Shown here: piece by piece, positions 35,883 to 50,897 of the stretch | How positions within the stretch are numbered: the stretch's first letter is position 1 | Layout: each line of letters opens with the position of its first letter | NCBI RefSeq assembly: GCF_009914755.1 | Contig: NC_060933.1 | Source: the human T2T-CHM13v2.0 reference genome, Homo sapiens | Length of the DNA: 64,000 bases | Strand: one strand, 5' to 3' | Position numbers and translations under genes: made by a program | Notes under the pieces: generated by a model | What the model was told of the DNA's origin: nothing | The model's input: only the letters and a program-made list of their open reading frames with translations | Databases searched by the model: none

Positions 35883-38624
35883 ACATAACCTAATAATAAA
35901 GGACAAATAATCTAGTAAGAAAAAAAAGGCAAAAGTTTTAGGACATTTCAACGAATAGTGTAACCACATGAGAAATAAGAGCAAAAACAAATGTTTGATA
36001 GCATTAATATTCAATATATTCCAATTATAATACCCCTATTCACATACCCAAACTGCTGAAGTTAGGATGAAAAACCCCGGTGTCAGTGACTATAGGGAGC
36101 AACTGAACTCTTATATCCTGCTCCTAAAACTGATAAACACTTGGTGAATTGTCAATATGTACTGAAGCAGAACATGAGCATATCCTATGTACACAACAAA
36201 ATACATACATGTGTTCTCCAAAAACACATGTTCCTGATATCCAAATCAACACTATTGATAAAGCCAAAGTCTGGAAGCTACTTAAGTTACTATCAATATT
36301 AGAAAGGGTTAATAATTTGGTCTATTCACAGAGTTGAATACTACACAGCAATGAAAATGAGCAATTTACCACTGCACACAATTTTACAAACATAATGTTG
36401 AGCAAAAGAAACAAAGCAATACCTACTGTATGATTTCATTTATAGAATACAGAAAAAGGAGCCTCCTTTTTCTATATTCTAGAAGCAAAGATACTTCTTA
36501 CGTTCTGTATACTTCTAGAACTGAAGATATTGCTTATGCTCTATAGGTTTAGTGACTAGAAAGAGTATAACAGGACTCAAAGTACTCTAATGTTCTTTTT
36601 TTAAAAAAAAAAAACTTATGTCAGTATTGGTTATATGGGTGTAATTCATTTTGTAACAATTCACTAAAACTGCGCACTTAAGATATAAGTAATTTTCTCT
36701 ATGTATATAAGATAATTAAAACACTGGAGATAATAGTAATTTTTAGAATACTTTTGTTTCTTATTATAAATTGAAATAATTTATTTAAAAAGTTCATTCA
36801 GGTATATTTGTGAAATATAATTTAAAACTTAAAAATAAGTACTTGGGGATAAAATTATTACTCAAAGTGTATCTAAATAATTTCTCCAAATTTCTCCCAT
36901 TATCAGCAAAGTCCTCCTGGTAGAGCAGAGGAATTTCACTTTCCTCCTATATGACACTTGTTTTAAACAATCCTATGTTATGTTGAGTGTTTCTTTAAAA
37001 AGTAATGAAAAAGTATACCTTATAGTTCTTAGAGATGGCTGTTATCTACGATCATTTTAAAACATCTTTTTCAAGATACATTGCAATAATGCTATATGCC
37101 CAAATAGGAGTTTTAATCAACTGCCTTTGTGCTTCCAAGGATGTCATTTCCCCCAAGTATAGAATGTATGATACAAATGCCCACATTATCTGGATTTTAT
37201 ATATTTATTATAAAGTAAATCTTTATTATGTTTACTAATAAGCAACAGATAAACTCTGAAAGTTGGCTTAGTGAAAATTAATTTCATCAGTTTCAAAACA
37301 CAAATAAACTCATATTTATGTATATTCTGTAGTCAATTATTAATATAATCCAGATTCACATTTTTGACAAACCTTATTGAATACATATAACCACAGAAGT
37401 TAATGAATAATTAAAGCCTTAAAAATTGCCTTAGAAGTCACTTGTTATTTATTACCATCTTATTTCCATAGTTACATACTTTACTCTCAACTTCCTGGAG
37501 CTCTAACATCATGCTTCATGGGGAGACCCAATTTTGATACATCTTGACAGGTGATAAAATAAGTTTTACTTTCAATAACTCATTGCCATCAAATAGACTT
37601 CATTATGAAAAATTTAATGGATAAAATTGTTATTCATGTTCAAAGAACAGTTTTCAGTGGTATCAATCTTTACCTTTGCGGGACATGCCTTAAAATTTAC
37701 ATAGAAATCTATCAAAGACTATATCAAATAACTGTATTACTATAATCTATCCAAGAACATAAACATTTTGATAGAAAATATCACATAATTTCTTCAACAT
37801 TTATGGTTAAATATCAAATGACTTATTTGAATTTCCTTTACTTAAAAAAAACTGGACATGATCAAAAAGCGGTAATGAAAATAACTCTAAAATTAGGTAA
37901 ATTAATTATAATCTTACCGTAAGCTCACAGGTTAGGAATTCGAAGAAAAAGTTCACCACCCTGAGACCTAGAAAAGTATAACACAAAACATTCTTTATTA
38001 GTACTAGTGTTCAATTTAAATTAAAGAACCTTAAGAGGTTAGTAATTCAATATGAGAAATGTTATTATATGAGTAATTAGTGTACATATCACTTGACAAA
38101 CATTTTTGACTACAGTATTTGTCTGAAATAGCATTACCAGTTACTCATCTTACATCAAAGTATTGTGATTTGGGCTCTTTAATGCAGTGATGACAAACAA
38201 GCAGGCAATTATTGTCCACTTGCTTCTTGTAAGACTATAGCTGATGGATAACATTTGCAAGCTTAATGTATTTTGCTAGATAACCTTCTCTGTTACATTA
38301 ATTTAACAATGTCAGATATAACATACATCCCGATATATACATGTGCAAACATGTACACACACAGCTGTGGCTATCATACCATAATCGTACTTTTTATCTT
38401 AGCTTTATCCATTTTAATCACTAATAAATAACTATCCGTGATATATTCTATAAAGTATGTAATAATTTTAAAGGCTGTACAGTACTCCATCGTTCACTGT
38501 ACATCCTAAATTATTTAAGATATTTGATTTAATAATTATGCTAGTTATTATTATTGTCTTTAAATTGTCTTTAAAATACGCCAGTTAGTTACCATTGTGT
38601 GTGACTTTATATAATAGTTACTGA

Positions 38625-38980
<356 letters not shown>

Positions 38981-40467
38981 AATAGTTACTGAGCCCTTTG
39001 TAAAAGTTTTCTCATTTTGGTGCAGTGGTAACTTTATCAACACACATTACTCGCCATCAAGTTTGTTTAATGCTTGATAGATACTATTTTATATGAACAA
39101 GAAAAGAAAACTAAATATTTAACCTCTGCCCTCAAAGAAGAAATTAGTAGTACTTGCAAACTCTTTAGAAAATTCATAAATGACTGGTAGGTCTACAAGT
39201 AGGTGCTCTACTGTGTAACCTCTAGCTAATTGCTATATAATTTAAAATAGAAAAGTTATAATAGATTGAGTCTTTTATGTCAATTCTTTAATTGTTGGTA
39301 CTGTTTTGGGAGACTGTGTTTTTCTCAGTTTATGCATTAAACTGTTTCAACTAGTTTCTACCATAATTGAAGAAAATAGTTTATATAACTTCATTTATTT
39401 GATGAAGGAATAATACTTCATTCTTAGGAAGGATGATCATATGTGAAAGTGAATCTGACAGTAAAATGAACCACTTGAGAGGTGATATAAAATGTTTCTC
39501 TTTTTGATGAAATGTTAGAGGAAAACAAAATATCACTATCACGGAGGTGTAAAGGAGTACATTACAATTCTTCCAGTAGACCTCCCGGGCTCATTTGTAC
39601 AGTATCACTTTCTGCTTTCATTAACCCTCCAGGAGCAAGGATAGAGATGATTTCAGGAGATCTATTCCTTATTGACATTTGTGAAAGGAGAATCCTCTCA
39701 AAAAAATCTAGTGTGATTTGAGATGCTCGTACTTTAAAAAGTCAATCAATGAATTAGAGTGACCTTCTTTCTTGCCCTCCCTTTTTATCTAGAGGTGCAG
39801 CAAATTAAATTTTGGTTAAATGTTAAAAGGTTGAGTATTAGAATTAACATTTGGCTGAAGCTAAATATTACCATTGTAGAATAAACTTCTTGGATACACA
39901 AATTAGAAGTTTTAATTGTTATTACTATTTTATTACTAAAAGTTTAAAGTCAAGCTTTAAGGTTTTAACATTATAGCGCAGAAACAATAATTTATTTTAG
40001 CACGATCAGATGCTAGATTACTCCTGCAGGCACTGTGTTGCATATTTGCAATATCAAATTGACACTTTTAAAAGAATGATGGAATTTCAACATAAAAATC
40101 ACATAAAGAGATTTATGTCCTTTTGTTCTATCTAGAATGTTTATCTATATTTGAAACTGAATATTTTGATATTAACAATAAATCCAAAAGACATCCTTGT
40201 TTGTATTACTGACGTTGTTACACTGATCAGATATGTTGGGTATGTAGATTGTAAGTCATGGCTCATACTTAAGTTCAGGGATTCCAGAAATGATATTCAA
40301 AGTATTTGACTAGTTGGTCTTCCAAGGACAAATCCAAATCAGATAGGTAATTTTAGGCATACAAGAAGGTCAAAGCAGAAATACAGTTTATTCCAACTTT
40401 AATTTACCATTTTCAATGATTTGTGGAGCTTGACTCAGGCAAATATACATTTAAAAAGGAAAGCATT

Positions 40468-40778
40468 GGCTGGGCATGGTGGCTAATGTCTGTAACCTCA
40501 GCACTTTGGGAGGCTGAGGCAAGCAGATTGCTTGAGCCTAAGAGTTTGAGACCAGCCTCGGCAACATGGAGAAATCCCATCTCTACAAAAAAATACAAAA
40601 ATTAGCCAGGGGTGGTGGTGTGTGCTTGTACTCCCAGCCACTTGGGGGCTTAGAAAGAAGGATCGCTTGAACCCTGGAAATTGAGGCTGCAGTGAGCCGA
40701 GATTGTGCCACTGCATCCAGCCTGGGGGACAAAGTAAGACCTTGTCTCAAAAAATAAATAAATAAAAATAAATAAAAA
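40468..40778 (+). mobile_element. AluJ, full length
   Basis: gattgcttgagcctaagagtttgagaccagcctcggcaacat (J diagnostics). Confidence 0.93.
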
Positions 40779-40948
40779 GGAGTTTATTTTAACACGATGT
40801 GCATAAATAACTATTTTCAGAGGAGAGATTTATGATGAATGACCAGTTATTAAACTGTCAGAGACTTTGACACTAGGTTAGAGTTTTATCCTTGATAAAT
40901 TTTAAGAAATTTTATTTCACATAAAATTCTAGCCAAATAAATTGGATC

Positions 40949-41231
40949 AGTCCGGGCACGGTGGCTCACGCCTGTAATCCCAGCACTTTGGAAGGCTGAG
41001 GCGGGTGGATCACCTGAGGTTGGGAGTTCAAGACCAGCCTGTCCAACATGGTGAAACCCCTTCTCTTCTAAACATACAAAAATTAGCTGGGTATGGTAGT
41101 GCACACCTGTAGTCCCAGGTACTTGGGAGACTGAGGCCAGAGAATAGCTTGAACCCAGGAGGCAGAGGTTGCAGTGAGCCGAGATTGTACTACTGCACTC
41201 CAGCCTTGGTGACAGAGTAAGACTCCGTCTC

Positions 41232-41258
<27 letters not shown>
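40949..41258 (+). mobile_element. AluSx/Sq, full length
   Basis: ggatcacctgaggttgggagttcaagacc; poly(A); partial TSD ggatcag. Confidence 0.95.
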
Positions 41259-41263
<5 letters not shown>

Positions 41264-42049
41264 TCAGATATACTTCTCTCATTTGTACTACTTATTTGAG
41301 GAACAACCATTCAGAAAGCACTGATGTTAAGCCAAGCAGGCAAACCACAAAAGAAATTATTGATAATTTTATAATTCTGGTATCCTAAACTTACCATGCT
41401 GAATAAGACATTCTTCAGAGTTGTGTTTGAATGATTTTCAAATTACTACAGAAATCTTGAAAAGTTATACATTCAAGTTTAATTTTTTAGTATTATTTTA
41501 GTATTTCTGTAGATAAATGCCTTTAATGAATGGATTTATTGGATCTATGATGTAGTGTTTGGAGAAATTCATGAAATTGGCATCTTAGATGGTGATTTCT
41601 TCCTCATTAAAAAGAATTAGAGTGCATTACTTCCTCTTGACTTAATTTTGCAAGGAGTCCAAAAATTTGGGGGAGGGAGAGGAAATTGAATAAAAATTAT
41701 TTGGAAACCTAAAAATTGGAAAATCATTTTCAATAATAATTTTAAATAATTATAAATACTTCAAAATGATTGGGAATAATTTTAAAGACAGTTTGTTGGG
41801 TTTAGGAAAATAATATTTAATCAGCAATAAATAGTACTGTAATAGGATTTCTACATTGTATCTCATGTATCCTCAGTTGATGCTCAGAAAAGTTTCATAT
41901 ATTAGAGATTATTTTCCACATTTTCACAGAAGAGACTGAAAGCCAACAATTGCCTGAATAAACTACAAAAAAATCTTACTATCAATATGTTGTAAAGTTA
42001 AAATTGAACCTGAAGTTAACTAAATTCAGAATCCCAGTTAAGTCACATA

Positions 42050-42260
42050 CCAGGATAGGATAATATTAGTAGACACCATTTACCAAACATATAATGTATG
42101 TAAGATCCTGGTCTCAGTATTTTTATGTATTAATTCATTTAATTCTGATAATTATATTTTTACTTTATAGATAAAACTGAGCTATAAGTATATTGTTCTT
42201 TATCATACACATTTTTAATCCAAGGAGTCTTGCTTCAGAGCCTATGCTCTTAGTCATTAC
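42050..42260 (-). mobile_element. MIR SINE
   Basis: tttatagataaaactgagct...agagcctatgctcttagtcattac. Confidence 0.6.
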
Positions 42261-42409
42261 ATCTCTATATGATAGTTAATCATTGTACGGCATTCTTACA
42301 AGTGCTATTTCAATGCACATATATTCATTTATTCTTTTCAGTTTTAGGAGTCAAGTAATTATATATTTATTATGAGTCTAATATCATCTTAGTGGGCTGG
42401 TCCTCATTA

Positions 42410-42608
42410 ATAACTACAGTTAACATTTACTGAACACATACTAAGTGCCAAGAAGTGTGTCAAAGTCTTTAAGTTCATCTCATTTAATCTCCATAGCAAT
42501 CCTATCAGGTATTATGAGCATCTATGTTGTATAAGTAAGAACACTGACTAGAGAGGTAAACAAATATATCCAAGGACAGAGAGCTAGTAAGTAATATAGT
42601 TGAGTTTT
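42410..42608 (-). mobile_element. MIR SINE
   Basis: aacatttactgaacacatactaagtgccaag...ctcatttaatctccatagcaatcctatcagg. Confidence 0.75.
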
Positions 42609-42831
42609 TAAAATAATTATTTTAATTTTTAAGATCTGGGGTACACATACAGGATGTGTAGGCTTGTTACATAGGTAAACGTGTGCCATGGTGGTTTACT
42701 GCACCTATCAAATCATCACCTAGGTATTAAGCCCAGCATGCATGATCTTTTTTCCCTAATCCTCCCCTGCCACCTCCACACCTCCTCTAACAGGCCCTAG
42801 TAAGTGTTGTTCCCCTCCCTGTATGTTCAGC
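42609..42831 (-). mobile_element. Short 5'-truncated L1PA (about PA8-10) 3' end
   Basis: ggggtacacatacaggatgtgtaggcttgttacataggtaaacgtgtgccatggtgg; TSD ta(t/c)agttgagtttt at 42595-42608 and 42832-42845. Confidence 0.9.
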
Positions 42832-42900
42832 TACAGTTGAGTTTTAAGCACAAACTCTCCTACCCTTCAGTTAGATGTAGCTTAGAGATACAGATTGTTT

Positions 42901-44182
42901 GTGTAAATTTGAGGGGTATAAGTATAATTTGGTTATATGCATATATCACATAGTGGTGAAGTCAGGGCTTTTAGTATGTCCTTTACCAGAATAATATCCA
43001 TTGTACCCATTAAGTAATTTGTCATCATTCATCTCCCTCCCACTCCCTTACCCTCTGAGTTTCCATTGTCAATCAACCCAAGCTCTAAGTCCATATGAAC
43101 ATATTATTTAGCTCCCACTTATAAGAGAGAATATGCAGTATTTTTCCTTCTGTGTCTGGGTTGTTTCACTTAAGATGATGACCTCCAGTTCCATCCATAT
43201 TGCTGCAAAGACATGTTTCATCTTTTTTATGGCCGAATAGTGTTCCATACTATTGTGTGTGTATGTCTGCGTGTATTACATTTTCTTTATTCAATCATTT
43301 GTTGATAGACAGGTTATTTCATAACTTTGCTATTGTGAATAGAACTGCAATAAACATATGAGTACAGGTATCTTTTTGGTACAATGATTTCTTTTCCTTC
43401 GGGTATATATCAAGTAGTGGGATTGCTGGATCAAAGGGTGGTTCTATTCTTAGTTCTTTGAGAAATCTCCATACTGTTTTCCATAGAGGTTGTACTAATT
43501 TACATTCCCACCAACAGTGTATAAGTCTTCCCTTTTCTTTGTGTTCTTGCCAACACTTTTTTGTCTTTTTGTTAATAGCCATTCTGATTGATGTAAGATG
43601 ATATGACATTGTAATTTTAACTTTAATCATTTTCTGATGATTAGTAATGATGAGCATTTTTGATGCGCTTGTTGGCCATTTGTATGTTTTCTTTTGAATG
43701 GTGTCTATTCATGTCCTTAGCCTACTTTATTTTCTTTTTTTTTTTTTTTTTTTGAGACAGAGTCTTGCTCTGTCACCCAGACAGAAGTGCAGTGGTGTGA
43801 TCTCTGCTCACTGCAACCTCTGCCTCCATGATTCAAGCAATTCTCCTGCCTCAGCCTCCTGAATAGCTGGGATTACAGGAGCCTACCACCATGCCTGCCT
43901 AATTTTTGTATTTTTAGTAGAGATGGGCTTTCAGCACGTTGGCCAGGGTGGTCTCAAACTCCTGACCTCTTGTGATCCACCCACCTCAGCCTCCCAAAGT
44001 GCTGGGATTACAGGCATGAGCCACCGTGCCCAGCCCTTAGCCTACTTTTTAATGGGATTTGTTTTGTTGTTGTTGTTAAGTTGTTTGAGTTCATTGTAAA
44101 TTCTGGATAAACAGTCCCTGTCAGTTGTGTTGTTGTCAAATATTATCTTCCATTCTGTGGGTTGTGTGTTCCCTGTGTTGAT
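42901..44182 (-). mobile_element. L1PB (PB4-like) 3' end with nested Alu
   Basis: Antisense ORF2 C-terminus ([22 protein letters not shown]); degenerate TSD cagatt(g/c)ttt at both ends. Confidence 0.9.
43729..44035 (-). mobile_element. AluSx, full length, inside L1PB
   Basis: TSD cttagcctacttt on both sides. Confidence 0.95.
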
Positions 44183-45300
44183 CAGATTCTTTTAAAGGGG
44201 AGGACATGTGAAAGAAATAGGGGGCTTGCATTTTAGTCAATTTAGAAAGAAACCCAAAATTGTATCTTCATAAAGCAGATACATAACTATATTCTCAGTT
44301 TTTTATAGATCTGTAAGAATAGTAAATAGATTAGAAAGCTTCTAGTCTTACAACTCTAATAAATTATAATTAATTTTAGATAGTGACAGCCCCACAGTAC
44401 CTAGCTCATTAAATGCTAAATTGAACTTATGCATTATTTATCAGACATGTCAAATTCTAGAGTTTTCTGCCAATAAATTTTAGAATACATAATATTGTTA
44501 CAAAATATGTAAATTGTAGGTAATATAAGAATGATTTTGGCATAGGTTATCAGAAACACTTTCTTGCAAAACCAGATAACCTTCTATCCATTTAGAAAAA
44601 TGCAAATAAATGCTTTAAAAAATAACAACTTTGAACTCTTATCTTTCAAGACTGTGAAGCTTATCATCTCAGAAACACAATTCCTATTATAATTGTAGGC
44701 AACATATTTGGGAAAAAATGTAGACTGTTTCAGTAAAACCTTGCACATTATAAACTCTCGATAAATAATCAATGACCATCTAAGTGATGCAATAAAGAAA
44801 TAATAACTGGATAGACCCTTGGGAAAAAAAATACCCCGTGTTTAGGTGTTAGAGTTTACCTTATCAAAATCTTCTCAACGTCTTAATCAATGCCTAACTT
44901 ATTTCTTACAAAAAAGATCTTAAATCTTGGGAAAGTTGGAATGACTGGCAAGTGGTGAGACTAGCAAACTATCCTATGAATAATGTATGTAAATCTATTG
45001 AATACAATGGTATATAATGCTTGTTAAGTAATTTATACATTTATTCCACAAATATTTACTAAACAATTATTTACCAGCCACTACTATACTATAATGTGAG
45101 GTTAAAGTCACAAATAAGACAAAAACCATAATAGATTTGATATTCTGGTTACTAATGTTTAATAACTGTATATTTTATTGCCACTTCAAAAGCTACTAGA
45201 CATTGTACAATTGCATTCTATAATCTCTTCCGGGATTTTTCTTTTGGTATTCCAAAATCTAGCTTGAGAAGTTTTATATAAGTTTGAGTGGGTTTAACAC

Positions 45301-45716
45301 TATGGCAGAAACTTCTAGTTATCCCTCAACATCCATCTTACTTTACTTATTTTTTGCTAGGTTCATGACCACTTGGAATAAGACAACCATCCTTAGTCTC
45401 AATGCCATAAGATTAAGTTCTGGCAAAAGGACACATGTAGACGTTGGGTAAGCAAAGTCTAAACAGTGTCAGTGAATGTTAAGAGGCATGTTCCTCTTTG
45501 TCCCTCCGTCCCTAAGTAAAATTTCTGGTTAGAATGCAGAATTAATGCCTGGAGCTCCAGCAGTCATATATCATAAGAGGCCACCCCAACCTCTTTGTTT
45601 ATCAGACTCCCAAGTAGAGCAATTAAAATAGGAGGAATCCAGATCAAATGACAGTGTGGCATGTTATCTCAGACTTGGATGAATTATTTCTTGAATCTGA
45701 GAGATAAATAAATTAT
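45301..45716 (+). mobile_element. MLT1J-like MaLR LTR
   Basis: tatggcagaaac...attaagttctggcaa...cctggagctccagcagtcat. Confidence 0.6.
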
Positions 45717-47193
45717 ATGGAAAAAGAAAGCAGATTAAAGTTTATCAGAGAATAAAACGTGGGAGGAATGGGGAATAACTGCTAATGGGTAAAGAATTAC
45801 TTTTGCGATGATGAAATTATATCTCAATAAAGCTGTTATTTTTAAAAGTTCCTTACATTACTCTATTAGTTTATCTCTTAAATAATTTAAATGCATTTTA
45901 TATTTTACAAAGATATTTGTGTGGTATATTCTTCTGGAGGCTCAAATTTGTCTGAATTTCTGAACCTGCTATAATGTATTAACGTGTTAGTATATATTAG
46001 GATGAATAAAATAAGAAAAAACTATAATCTTTGTCTTCCATTGTCTAAAACCTACTGGAAAGAAGATAAAGTCTATTCATGAATTAACACCAAGAAAAAC
46101 CATTAACCTCCCAGAGCATTTGTTGGAATTTCATTATACAATTGAAAGTCATTTGAAAGTTTACTTGTTACCACATAACAAAATATGTGATTAAAAATAT
46201 CTACAGAAAATGTTGCCAATAAATAGTATAGGCTGGAATTTGTATTTTAGCCTGTTGGTTGTAGTGCCTTTGATATCTTCCTCACTGAATGAATATCTGT
46301 TCCTAAATTATTCTCACAAAATCCAAAATGTCAAAATCTCTAAATAAACTTTCATACTCCTTCAAAAAGTATACAATGAAAGTGATTACAAATATTTTGG
46401 GTATCAATGATATATAAAATAACATCAAACAACTCATTTAGCAAGTGGGAATTTATGTCTCTTAACTGAAAATTTATACATCCTTATGTTTAATATTTTG
46501 ACTCTTAGGCATTACTACTCAGAAAAATGCCGCTCTAAATTATTCAAAACACTAAAATCTTATTAAAATGTTTGATGCTGTATTGAAAAGATTGACAACA
46601 ATAACCTCAATCTATAAATGGGTGCATTCCAAAAACGTCCTCTGAACCCTTTTTCATGAATGACATTGTCATAATTTTCCTTAGTTGACAATGAGCCAAA
46701 CTAATTGGTAAAACCTAAAGAAATAATAATGCTCATCATAAAGTTGCCTTGTTATAGATAACTACGCATTTAAGAAGAAATTAAAATTATAAATTGTAAC
46801 TCCCAGCATAATATACTGATCCTTTCATTTCTGGAGATAGTAATATTGAAAAATCTGTAAGTCCATGTGAAAGTTCACAAGATTGGTATAGCCTTTATGT
46901 AAATTCATGGTAACTATGGCAACATTCATTTTCATTTTACTTCAGCTGCTGCACTAAAGCTCAGATAAGCTTGGAGACTCAGTCTTATAGTTGCCATTAT
47001 GACTAGCGGGTCCTTATCACTCCCTATTCTGAAAATATACAGCAGCATTTGGGTGCCACTTGTCCCTTTCTATCTTACTCGCCATGGTTGGCTACTTTAA
47101 TCAAGCCGTGAAACTATCCTGTATTCTCTTCTTCCTTCATCCTTACCATACTTTTTTGCCAATTGGCAATTCAGAGGCAGAAGCTAAGTATAC

Positions 47194-47370
47194 AGTGGTA
47201 ACTCTCAAACTCAAATGCACATAAAAATCACCTGGATTTTTGTTGAAATACAGATTCTGATAGTTCTGCCTTGTTAGAAATACAGAATCTCAGACCCCAT
47301 CCCAAAAACATGCATCAGAAGCTTCATTTTAGTAATACTAGCAAGCTATGTAAAGCTTCCTAAGCCACGG
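47194..47370. mobile_element. MER5-type MITE
   Basis: ctctcaaactcaaatgcacataaaaatcacctgg...aaatacagattctg. Confidence 0.6.
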
Positions 47371-47399
47371 TTTGTTTATCTCAGAAATAGTTTATATAT

Positions 47400-48884
47400 A
47401 TGAAGTGCCCTGCAACCTCTGTCTCCCCTTAATCTCCCCTCACTCAAATCTACCCAATCTCATTTAGATGATGCTTCATAAACCCTACCAACCTTTTAAT
47501 TTTTGGAAAAGAAAGCTACTACATTAAAACATTTTATTTCATCACCATTATTATTATTATTATTATTTGCTATGCTACCACAAAAGACCTCTATGTTGCT
47601 CATGTTTCACCATCACTATTCTTTCTCTACAGTTACCTAACCATTATATTCCTAATGCTGTAGCCACTAAAGTAAAATATCTCCAACTCCCTCCCATTTT
47701 GTACCTGCTTCTCTCTCCTGCTATGACATGACTTGTTCACATATTAAGTGTATGAACGTTATCCATGAGAACAACTTCAACTTCGTTATTCTACACTTTA
47801 AAAATCCATGTGCATCTTCATCCATTCCTCTTCTATTACTTTATTTCCAAGAAAGGATCTCTCTCCTCCTCGCAGTTTTGCTTTCATCCCCCCTTTTCAG
47901 TCCTGAATTACCATGCACCCTTTATGCTTTTTCTAATGACAACAAATTTCTCATTCTCCCCTTTATCTTTATTTTCAACCTGTAATGTCAAGGCTTATCT
48001 CTCTGGAGAACTTTGCCCTTGACCATCCTGAGTCTTCAAGCTTTATTTTCTTCTTGTGTGGATGCTTTACACGTCTTATGATTTGCAACATTTTTTTTCA
48101 CCCAAAAAATTCTAATGATGCCCTTTATTGCACAACCACAAGGATGCCAAGACATCAAATACCATGTTCCTTTTAAAGTCATCATCACCCTGGAAAATTT
48201 ACAGCACACAGAAGTTAACCACTTCTTCTTTCATAAAATTCTCTTTTTCCAGGAATTACAAGCTGCCTTCTAGTTTTGGATTATTATCATTTTTGTTTCA
48301 TTATGTTTTTATGTTCTCATGATTACATCTTATTGTTTTTGCCTTTATTTTCTCTTCTTCCCAGTACTTTGAATGTAAAACTTCCCAGTTTTACAGCATG
48401 TTTATCTCAGTAGCAGACATAATGCCTAGGGGCAAAGCTGTGCTCAGGGATGTTTGAGTGAATGCAACAATCAAGGTATGAATATATTTTCGGATCCTGT
48501 CCTTTTTCTACTTATTCCTATGTGAACTTGTACTTAGACACTTGGTTGAAATCTTCATCTTTACAAGTTTCATCTTCAATTCACATCTTAACTTTCCAAA
48601 TTAGTATTTCTAGACCTGAATGTATTTCTGGCCTAGGTGCTACTTTCCAAACTTCTTGGTAGATATTTCTAACTATATATTGCACAATTACTTTGAATTG
48701 AAAATGTCCAAACAAAATTTATCCTCTTCCTGCTAAAACCCACTTTGCTCCTTGGATTTTTCTTTCTATTAGTGACACTTCTAACTTGTCATTCACACAA
48801 ACCTAAAAGGCTAGTCATTACTGATTCTTCCCTTTCTTTTCAGCTCTTCATCCAATCATTTTTCAAGCCCAACAATTCTACCTC
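47400..48884 (+). mobile_element. L2 LINE fragments (continue to about 49480 after the LTR)
   Basis: Pyrimidine-rich L2 body; aaaatgtccaaacaaaatttatcctc, gtcattactgattcttccctttc. Confidence 0.6.
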
Positions 48885-49366
48885 TGTTGTCTTCATGAAA
48901 ATGAAGAAAGACCATCCAGATGTGAATACGTAGGTACTATTTATTTGCAGTTGGCTATAGCAAGGGATTCAGCCATGCATCATTTGCATTTGCCAGAGAC
49001 TCAAAGGTAGGTAGGGGAGCAGGAAAATCTAACAATGAATAAAAAGGGAAGGCTTGAGGTGTGTTCTGATTGGAGATAAATTAACATGGAGAAACTGGAA
49101 GCAGGCTAACCAGAAGTAGAGCAACCTATGTGTTTGCTTTGGGAGATATATTTGGCTTCCTCTGGTTAGTTCCGAGTTGGAAGCAGTGGATAAAAATTAA
49201 GGAAGTTGGTAGTCAGTGACCTGAAAATGTCCCCAACATCCTGGCCATTCTGAACCAATTGCAGAGGTTGTGGTTTGGTTTCCTGGGCTAGTTGCGGTGG
49301 AGGTGGTAGGTCAGAGTTTTGTCACATATGTTCTGGCTGTTAACCATTTGTATATTCAGTCTCTCA
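48885..49366 (-). mobile_element. Solo ERV1 LTR (MER90/MER110-like) inserted in L2
   Basis: Minus strand begins TGAGAGACTGAATATACAAATGG...AACTCTGACC and ends ...ACAACA; near-TSD cctc/tctc. Confidence 0.75.
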
Positions 49367-50765
49367 TCTCTCATATTTCTTTTTCCCCTTCCAATTACAG
49401 GGCCATCCCTCAACACAGCCAGTAGTTTTGCTGTAGACCTCATTATTTGGTTCTTGAGATCAGATTGTCTCATCCTTCTACAACCAAAGAAGAGTATAAT
49501 GTTTGACAGTATATTGGTTTAATGAATACTTACTAATACAAACAAATCTAGTATAATTGGCATAATGGAAATGATTATGTAGTCATAAGTACGCAGTAAG
49601 ATTATAATTCTTGAGTTGAGTTTTATGTACCAGGCATTTTTTAGTAATAAAAATATTCTCATTGAACATTATTGCTTCTTCTGTCAGTTGTTCAATATGA
49701 AACCTATACAAACTATATTCAGGTTAATTTAGTTAATCTCAAGGCACAACATTATTTCCTACAATTCTATGAGGTGAAACATCTTTAGTTGAATAAATTA
49801 AATACCATTTTTAAAATAGAAAAACCCATAAATACTCACTTTTCGCTACCATTTATGCTAAATAGGTTGGACATTGATAAATGGAAAGAGATATAGTCAG
49901 AGAACATCTAAATTTTTAGTCCTGTGTACAGACCTAGGCCACTCTGAGGTATGACTGTTAAAAACAGAGGGGAAAAAAGAGATATATCACTTTGACATGA
50001 TTTCTACAATCTCTGATTTTATTAGTATATCACATTTATTCCATTTTATCAGTGTTTGAAGAAGTAATTGGTAATGATCTTATTCTTCTTCATCAATTAG
50101 CAAGCATTTATTGAACATCTATGTTCCTAAGTGTCATTTCAGATACTGGAGAGCATAAGTCATCACTCTCTCCTGTGATGTTGAATTAAGGAAGCCAGTC
50201 TATCATAGCAATGTTGAAAAATATGAGAGGAGGAAATGTATGTGTATATAGGTAACAAAATGTGTTATGTGAATATAATTGTTGTAAAGAGGGGAGACAA
50301 AAAAATTATTTTAGAGGAAAATAAAGCTGGAATCAACTTCAGGCTTCTACTATTTTAGTTGTATTACATCCAGCAAGTTACTTAACTTAAGGAGGCCTAA
50401 ATAATAATTATAATTGTTAATACTAATATATAAGAGATAATAGTAATGATATAAGCAAACACATGTGCACATTACATGTGTTTTAGGGTTTTTAATACAC
50501 TAATCTATGAAATCCTCCTAACAACTCTAAGTGGTAGGCGCTTCTATTATATTTATTTTATAGACAAATTAACTTAGGCACAGAACAATGAAACTACTTG
50601 CCCATGGGCATAGATCTAGATAGGAGAGGGGCTTGCTAATGACACAGATTTATATGCTGTTAGAACTATTAATAGGTAATTTAATTGAAGTGCCCACTAT
50701 GGTAACTGATTCCCAATGGCAGCCCAAAAAAGACCAGTTTGCTTCCTTCTAAGTATGAGATACTA

Positions 50766-50897
50766 CAGTGCTTCTCAAACTTCAGAGTACATCATAAAGG
50801 CTGGGGGTCTCACTAATTCCCTCACTGGGGAATGGGATCCAAAATTAGCATTTCTAAACCAAGTTCCCAGGTGATGTTGATGCTGCTGTTCTGGGGA
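50766..50897. mobile_element. MER5A, interrupted by L1MA
   Basis: cagtgcttctcaaactt...gcatttctaaaccaagttcccaggtgatgttgatgctgctg. Confidence 0.8.

Larger units (their letters stand above)
35150..36720 (+). mobile_element. L1ME-type 3' fragment, interrupted at about 35356-35880
   Basis: aaaattaagaacttctgttcatcaaaa; gaatactacacagcaatgaaaatga; aacataatgttgagcaaaagaa. Confidence 0.75.

Noticed and set aside
40886-41233. 115-aa ORF (similarly 55868-56182, 40498-40716 and 11625-11819)
   Set aside because: Antisense Alu translations
43319-43657. 112-aa ORF with [12 protein letters not shown] motif
   Set aside because: L1 ORF2 C-terminal remnant
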